The notes beneath the pieces are model-generated. The model was given only the letters and a program-made list of their open reading frames with translations, was not told the DNA's origin and ran no database searches. A stretch of 41,459 bases of DNA from positions 1-41,459 of the IMG/VR virus record IMGVR_UViG_3300020045_004402; one strand, written 5' to 3'. The position numbers and the translations under genes were made by a program. Each line of letters begins with the position of its first letter. Positions within the stretch are counted from its first letter, which is position 1. The stretch is from a virus. Its lineage: Duplodnaviria; Caudoviricetes. This document shows, piece after piece, positions 36,840 through 41,459 of this stretch.

Positions 36840-37588
36840 TTAAGTTTACACTCCCACAGGACATTTCGGCTATGCTCAGGGAACAATGGGGCCATGAGAT
36901 TTGAGATTAGGTTGTCATCATAATACTCATTCAACCTGTCAAAGTATGGTTTTAAGTCTGTCGGTATAAACTTCTTGTAATCCTTCTTGCTGGCGAAGGT
37001 GCCAAAGTTGTTAACTATCTTCAGCTTTGTCTCAAGTAGTATCTTAAATTCATAGTAGGTAAACTCACCAATCTCACCGTTAATGATATGGTTGTCAGCC
37101 GCTCCTACCTGAGCATCATAGCAAGGGGTACTGACTAAGAGGATTGTCTTACTACCCATGCAGCCGACAATGTTGTCAAGTAATGCTTGACCATGGTATT
37201 TACCGATGTGCTCAAAAACCTCAAAACAGACAATTATATCCCAACTTTCCTCAGTGTTTGGCCTGAAAAATGGAATTGCCTTGACGATGTCACAAACCTC
37301 AAAGCTTATCCAAGGAATTGACTCAAACTTCTGGTTGTTAGCCTCGACTGTCTGTGGCCTGATGTCTACCCCAAGGTATTGAGTAGCCTTGTACCTGTTT
37401 CGGTAAAGCAGCTCAGCACAGTTCCCTGAACCACAGCCAACATCAAGGATGTTCATGCCTAGCTCAGCCCGCTTTAGGACATGAGTCCACCGAAAGACAT
37501 GGGCAAATTGGTCACGATGGAAGACATGCCTCTCAAGGCAGGTCTCTGGGTGTAGCTGAGTCTTGTTGTAGCTATCCTTAGGTTTCAT
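36836..37588 (-). CDS. Class I SAM-dependent methyltransferase
   Basis: ILDVGCGSG, YLGVDI, WDIIVCFEVFEH, VSTP; likely start 37588 (SD aaggag). Confidence 0.85.
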   Translation of the reverse strand: MKPKDSYNKTQLHPETCLERHVFHRDQFAHVFRWTHVLKRAELGMNILDVGCGSGNCAELLYRNRYKATQYLGVDIRPQTVEANNQKFESIPWISFEVCDIVKAIPFFRPNTEESWDIIVCFEVFEHIGKYHGQALLDNIVGCMGSKTILLVSTPCYDAQVGAADNHIINGEIGEFTYYEFKILLETKLKIVNNFGTFASKKDYKKFIPTDLKPYFDRLNEYYDDNLISNLMAPLFPEHSRNVLWECKLK

Positions 37589-37674
37589 CTTGCTGCTCCT
37601 TTTTAGACATGGTTTCTTGGTACCCTGGCTCATCAAGGTTGAGTTTGTTTATAGGCAAAAGTAACTTTTACAGC

Positions 37675-37854
37675 TTAGTTCTCAAGAGCTTTCATACTAA
37701 CATCATCTAACTTATTTTCTTTCAATAACTTAGAGTATAACCTTCCAATTATCTTTTGAAGATGCTCTTTCGTTAAGTCAGGAGCCTTAAATTTTATGGC
37801 TTTGACTGCTACCTGACCGTAATCATCTAACTCTACCCGTTTTAGCTTAAACAT
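37675..37854 (-). CDS. 59-aa hypothetical protein; not in ORF track
   Basis: MFKLKRVELDDYGQ...MKALEN; TAATG overlap with the upstream gene. Confidence 0.55.
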   Translation of the reverse strand: MFKLKRVELDDYGQVAVKAIKFKAPDLTKEHLQKIIGRLYSKLLKENKLDDVSMKALEN

Positions 37855-38234
37855 TAGTATCCCCTTTCTTGTCTGTTGATGTTCTCAGCATGTTTATTTA
37901 GAAATAACTTATAAAATTCCTGTTCGGTGCATCCTACTCCTAAAGCGGCGTTAATTAAGAAATGTTGGATGTCAATAAGTTCATTTAAGAACTCATAACG
38001 GTTAAACTCTTCCTTTGTCTTCTTCCAAGGCTTCCAGTTCAACCAGTTTAAAGCTTCAATGGCCTCAGCTATAATGCAAGTCAACATCAGTCGTTCATAA
38101 GAGGTGGCTTGCTTTATAGGTAGTGGCAACTCATAAAACCGCTTTTGAAACTTTAACTGTTTGTCAAACATGTCCTTTAGCTGACTTTCTTTTAACTTTA
38201 CTTTTATTTTTGGAATTAACTGTTTGTCTTTCAT
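37854..38234 (-). CDS. All-alpha dNTP pyrophosphatase (dimeric dUTPase/dCTPase, MazG-like)
   Basis: EAIEAL..WKPWK, ELIDIQHFL, KHAENINRQERGY. Confidence 0.85.
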   Translation of the reverse strand: MKDKQLIPKIKVKLKESQLKDMFDKQLKFQKRFYELPLPIKQATSYERLMLTCIIAEAIEALNWLNWKPWKKTKEEFNRYEFLNELIDIQHFLINAALGVGCTEQEFYKLFLNKHAENINRQERGY

Positions 38235-38336
38235 CTTTTCTCCTCTCTACGTGGTGCACTATATTTAACACCATCAATTAACACCCATTGAGCGTTAAAC
38301 ATCAAGCATATAAACTTAATCCATGTCTTCTCCTTC

Positions 38337-39242
38337 TTAGTCAGCTTCTTCATCCCAAGCTTTCTTACTCGTCTCCTCTTGCCTCACCACCTCAACCCAA
38401 TCTTCAAAGGAGCATGTCGGGGCGGAATATCTTAGCTTCACGTAACAAGTCTCCCCGTCTCTGTTCTTAGCTAAGTTTACCTCAAAATAGTTAAAGTTCT
38501 TATTGTTGTCATAGTGGTATGGCCAGTGTAGCAAGATAGCAACGTCGCACTTCTCTTCCATTGCACCAGTGCCCTTAAGCTGATGCAGCTGCGGTATTCT
38601 GTTCTCGCTTTCTGTTTGGGAGAGCCTGTTTATCTGTGAGCATATAACCACAGCAATATTTTCTCTTGTGGCTATTAAGCGTAGTTGGTCTAAGTAATCC
38701 TCCATGGCTTTTCTCTTGTCCATACCTGCCGCAATCTCTTGTATGTGGTCAATGAAGATAACATCTGGCTTAACAGGCTTTATTCTTTTAAGGTGCTCCT
38801 CCAAATCAACCGACTTTTTGCCAATCAAATCTGAGGCTACGAAGCTAAGCCCATATAGTTTATTTTGAAAATCTTTGAACTGTTGCTGCATACTTTGGCT
38901 GTTCTTGAAAGTGTCTGTCCTAAGGTCAAGGTTGTTTATGCCATACTCCATACAAAATAATCTTCTAAGAAGCCTTGGTATTGTCATCTCAAGAGATAAG
39001 AATAGAACTTTTTTTCCATCTTTAGCCAGTTCGTAAGCAAGAAACAAAGCCAAAGCAGTTTTTCCATTACTTGGTCTAGCTCCAATAATTGTAAGCCAAG
39101 ACCTTTGTAATCCCCACATTTTGTCATTCAAGGTTTTAAGCTTTGGAAATGAAAGTTCTGGCTCATTTGCTTGCCTTAAAAGAGACTCTCTTGTGGCATT
39201 ACAGAAATCACTTAAGTTCTTTATTTTTAATTCTTCTGCCAT
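38337..39242 (-). CDS. DnaB-like replicative helicase (ATPase domain only)
   Basis: GARPSNGKT, FLSLEM, IFIDHIQ, SQINR, LKGTGAMEEKCD, AKNRDG. Confidence 0.9.
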   Translation of the reverse strand: MAEELKIKNLSDFCNATRESLLRQANEPELSFPKLKTLNDKMWGLQRSWLTIIGARPSNGKTALALFLAYELAKDGKKVLFLSLEMTIPRLLRRLFCMEYGINNLDLRTDTFKNSQSMQQQFKDFQNKLYGLSFVASDLIGKKSVDLEEHLKRIKPVKPDVIFIDHIQEIAAGMDKRKAMEDYLDQLRLIATRENIAVVICSQINRLSQTESENRIPQLHQLKGTGAMEEKCDVAILLHWPYHYDNNKNFNYFEVNLAKNRDGETCYVKLRYSAPTCSFEDWVEVVRQEETSKKAWDEEAD

Positions 39243-39444
39243 ATTCCACCTGTATAATGTTGAGGTTTTGTTTAAGTGTATTGATTATATCTGCAGTAAC
39301 TTGTCTGTTAGCATTGGTTCTGTATGCTTCCCTCTCTTGGAGACCTTCGAAGTATATTAAAGATTCTTTTAAATCCCTTGACTCTGTGCTTAGCCAAGCT
39401 AAGTCAATTTGCGAATTTTCTTGTAGGCTCTCTTTTAGGTTCAT
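39208..39444 (-). CDS. Hypothetical protein
   Basis: 78 aa; overlaps both the initiator and helicase genes. Confidence 0.6.
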   Translation of the reverse strand: MNLKESLQENSQIDLAWLSTESRDLKESLIYFEGLQEREAYRTNANRQVTADIINTLKQNLNIIQVEYGRRIKNKELK

Positions 39445-40078
39445 TTTTCCTCTCCCAAGATAGTATTGTGTGGTAGTGGCTCTTGTATTTGTAACCCTTA
39501 CTCATGATGCCCATGTTTAAGTTGTCTATGCGCTCTTTAACACCATCTTCACCAAACTGGGCTAACAGCTTAGCATATTCAACATCAGAGAGATAGACAC
39601 AATCAAGATATTTTATCTTCTTAGGTATGCTTTTAGTATTTTTACTCTTACTTATACTATTACTTATACTTATACTAATAGAGGATGTATCTAAGGATGT
39701 ATCTAAGGATGTATCAATAAACCTTTTATCAATAATATATCCATTAGTAATATGGTTCTTTATACACCGCAGAATACCAATGTGAGCTCTGTTTCTTGGG
39801 TTATACTTACCATTCTGTTGGAAGTTTATAAAGTCAACTATCTGCCAGTAGCCATTCTTAAGTAAGTTTATGCGTTCCTTGTTATTATTAAGAGAAGTGA
39901 GTAAGTCAGTAGTAACCTTTTCACCGATGTAAAAGCTTAGTAATGAAAAGTCTGGTTTCCATACCCCAGACATATCACACTTTGTTATGAGGAACTCCCA
40001 GGCACACTTATAAGCAGGAATTAACGAGCGATACCACTCATCATCCCATTTATCACTGGTTGTAAAGCGTCTTGGCAT
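39404..40078 (-). CDS. Phage replication initiator protein (lambda O/DnaD-like architecture)
   Basis: RFT...W.D.W N-terminal wHTH, low-complexity linker encoded by repeats, C-terminal KYKSHYHTILSW; upstream of the helicase. Confidence 0.75.
   Translation of the reverse strand: MPRRFTTSDKWDDEWYRSLIPAYKCAWEFLITKCDMSGVWKPDFSLLSFYIGEKVTTDLLTSLNNNKERINLLKNGYWQIVDFINFQQNGKYNPRNRAHIGILRCIKNHITNGYIIDKRFIDTSLDTSLDTSSISISISNSISKSKNTKSIPKKIKYLDCVYLSDVEYAKLLAQFGEDGVKERIDNLNMGIMSKGYKYKSHYHTILSWERKNEPKREPTRKFAN
39645..39716. repeat. Putative replication origin iterons within the initiator gene
   Basis: aggatgtatcta x2 plus aggatgtatca (39682-39716), next to an imperfect (tactta)n AT-rich tract. Confidence 0.7.
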
Positions 40079-40095
40079 ATTACCTTAAAATAAAA

Positions 40096-40164
40096 TATCC
40101 CCAGATTCTGACCGAAGGATAACCTTTTCGTTGTCGGCGGACATCAGATTTTAGACTGGGGATA
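40096..40164 (-). ncRNA. c4/CI-like branched antisense RNA
   Basis: Closing stem 40096-40104/40156-40164; two internal hairpins complementary to 40220-40229 and 40233-40240. Confidence 0.5.
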
Positions 40165-40191
40165 AAAAAAATACCGAGAATACTTTCTCGG
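40164..40191 (-). terminator. Intrinsic terminator/attenuator in the replication-gene leader
   Basis: ccgagaa/ttctcgg stem (40174-40191) followed by a U-tract on the minus strand. Confidence 0.7.
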
Positions 40192-40255
40192 CAGCTATTT
40201 TCTTTTTGTTTCATTTTCAGTTATCCTTCTTCGTCCGCCGTGTTTCATAAAATAT

Positions 40256-40283
40256 ATTCTATCACAAATTAAAGAAATGTAAA
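40256..40283 (-). promoter_or_regulatory. Sigma70-type promoter for the replication operon
   Basis: TTTACA-16 nt-TAGAAT with TGn extended -10. Confidence 0.65.
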
Positions 40284-40286
40284 TAA

Positions 40287-40502
40287 CTATCTTCTGATAT
40301 TGTCCATGACAATGAGGTTAGTTAGCTCTAAGCCTAGCTCACGCCAGAGAATCTCAATGTGTCTCAATGTAAAATAGCGCTTACCTTGCTTGATAAGTGT
40401 GTAGTGTCCAGGTGAGATGCCAAGGAGTGACGCAAGCTTTAACTGTGAAAGTGATTTTTCTTTTCTTGACTTCTCGATTAAGTTAATGTTAATATGTGCC
40501 AT
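40287..40502 (-). CDS. XRE-family HTH transcriptional regulator
   Basis: RKEKSLSQLKLASLLGISPGHYTLIKQGKR. Confidence 0.9.
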   Translation of the reverse strand: MAHININLIEKSRKEKSLSQLKLASLLGISPGHYTLIKQGKRYFTLRHIEILWRELGLELTNLIVMDNIRR

Positions 40503-40509
40503 GAAATAA

Positions 40510-40537
40510 ATTATACCATAAATTTTCTAAATGTAAA
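40510..40537 (-). promoter_or_regulatory. Promoter for the HTH gene (probably leaderless mRNA)
   Basis: TTTACA-16 nt-TATAAT with TGn; ATG lies 7 nt after the -10; no SD. Confidence 0.7.
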
Positions 40538-40561
40538 TAGTTAATTTAATTAAAAAAATTG

Positions 40562-40589
40562 TTTACATAAAAAGCATATGTGATATAAG
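40562..40589 (+). promoter_or_regulatory. Divergent rightward promoter upstream of the late operon
   Basis: TTTACA-16 nt-TATAAG with TGn. Confidence 0.6.
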
Positions 40590-40596
40590 TAACTTG

Positions 40597-40671
40597 GAGG
40601 CTAAAGCCGTGTCGAACAAAATTGCGAAAATAAAAAATTCGAACAGTGTGCTGAAGCCTCTTTTTATTTTT
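40597..40671 (+). terminator. Long hairpin plus U-tract directly after the rightward promoter
   Basis: gaggct (40597-40602)/agcctc (40655-40660), inner tcgaa/ttcga, then tttttattttt. Confidence 0.5.
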
Positions 40672-40737
40672 CCTCGTCGGTGTTAATTTTAAATAGTTGC
40701 AACTATATGCAATAAAAAGTTTTAGAGGATTTTAATA

Positions 40738-41064
40738 ATGGCTGGCAATAAAAACTCTGGACGTAAATCCTGGGATAAAGAAATTCAATCAAGAGAGCTT
40801 TGGGATTTAGCTATTCCAGTTTTAAAACACGCATTACTTTCCACCTCTGAAGATTTAAAGATGCGAAAGATTGATATTGCTCTTGCTTTAGTCAACAAGA
40901 TGATTCCGATGGAAGTTAAGAATGACAACAGTGGTGACAAACATTATCACTACACAACTATTCAACTCACAGATAAATCCGAGAGTGAGCTAATCTCAAC
41001 TTTACTTGGGAGAACTAATGGAGTCGACACTCAAAGACAACTTAATCCAACGAGTTCAAATTAA
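40738..41064 (+). CDS. terS: Putative terminase small subunit
   Basis: 108 aa; MAGNKNSGRK N-terminus; overlaps the terL start. Confidence 0.6.
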   Translation: MAGNKNSGRKSWDKEIQSRELWDLAIPVLKHALLSTSEDLKMRKIDIALALVNKMIPMEVKNDNSGDKHYHYTTIQLTDKSESELISTLLGRTNGVDTQRQLNPTSSN

Positions 41065-41459
41065 GCAGAACTGTGAAGGTGATATTCAAAAACAAGTCGC
41101 CGCTATTGAGCTTTGTAAACGCAACATAGTAAACTTCTTCACTTACTTCGCTCTTACCTACGACCCACGCAGAGAAACTAAAGACCTGCCGTTTCTTCTT
41201 TGGGACTACCAGCAGACTTACGTTACAAACTTAAATTCAGATATTGTCTCAGGCACATCATCTCTCACTGAGAAATCCCGCGACATGGGAGTCACGTGGA
41301 TGACGCTCGCTGTGTTTGTGTATAGGTGGTTATTTTTTGATGAGTCGTTTCTTCTTGGTTCTCGCAAAGAGGAGTTGGTTGATAAGCTCGGTGATATGGA
41401 CTCACACTTTGAGAGATGTCGGTACATTATAGACAAGCTACCAAAGTGGATGACTGACC
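41018..41459 (+). CDS. terL: Terminase large subunit, N-terminal part (continues at position 1)
   Basis: Translated by hand from ATG 41018: MESTLKDN...PFLLWDYQ...EKSRDMGVTW (Walker A variant); in frame with the 1-1158 segment. Confidence 0.92.
   Translation, partial: MESTLKDNLIQRVQIKQNCEGDIQKQVAAIELCKRNIVNFFTYFALTYDPRRETKDLPFLLWDYQQTYVTNLNSDIVSGTSSLTEKSRDMGVTWMTLAVFVYRWLFFDESFLLGSRKEELVDKLGDMDSHFERCRYIIDKLPKWMTD
41339..41459. repeat. Terminal direct repeat, copy 2
   Basis: Identical to 1-121. Confidence 0.97.

Noticed and set aside
36836-37588. DNA adenine or C5 methyltransferase
   Set aside because: No DPPY/NPPY or PCQ catalytic motif; looks like a small-molecule class I MTase.
1-41459. 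Alternative genetic code or stop-codon reassignment
   Set aside because: Standard code gives dense full-length genes ending in TAA, TGA and TAG.

Overview
A complete, circularly assembled ~41.3 kb tailed-phage genome (bases 1-121 are repeated at 41339-41459, and the join falls inside the terminase large subunit). The plus strand carries packaging, head, lysis-like, short-tail (podovirus-type) and ejection genes. The minus strand carries an XRE HTH regulator, a replication initiator with iterons, a DnaB-like helicase, a nucleotide-modification cassette, recombination genes (Cas4-like nuclease, NinB- and NinG-like) and glycosyltransferases. I saw no integrase, DNA polymerase, primase or conventional prohead protease. 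The main discovery is a small TadV/CpaA-like A24 prepilin peptidase sitting in the slot normally held by the prohead protease. The scaffold, the major capsid protein, a tail protein and an ejection protein all begin with Flp-pilin-like leaders ending in (D/N/S)-(E/Q)-x-G. This suggests the phage matures its virion proteins with a pilin-type membrane protease. An O-antigen-ligase-like membrane protein and several Sec-signal-bearing proteins in the structural operon also point to membrane-coupled virion assembly or glycosylation. Other notable features are a probable dCMP-specific thymidylate-synthase-family cassette with a kinase-UDG fusion, apparent GATC avoidance, a c4/CI-like antisense attenuator upstream of the replication gene, and several unexplained structured intergenic RNAs. 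All protein calls come from motif recognition by eye; no database searches were run.
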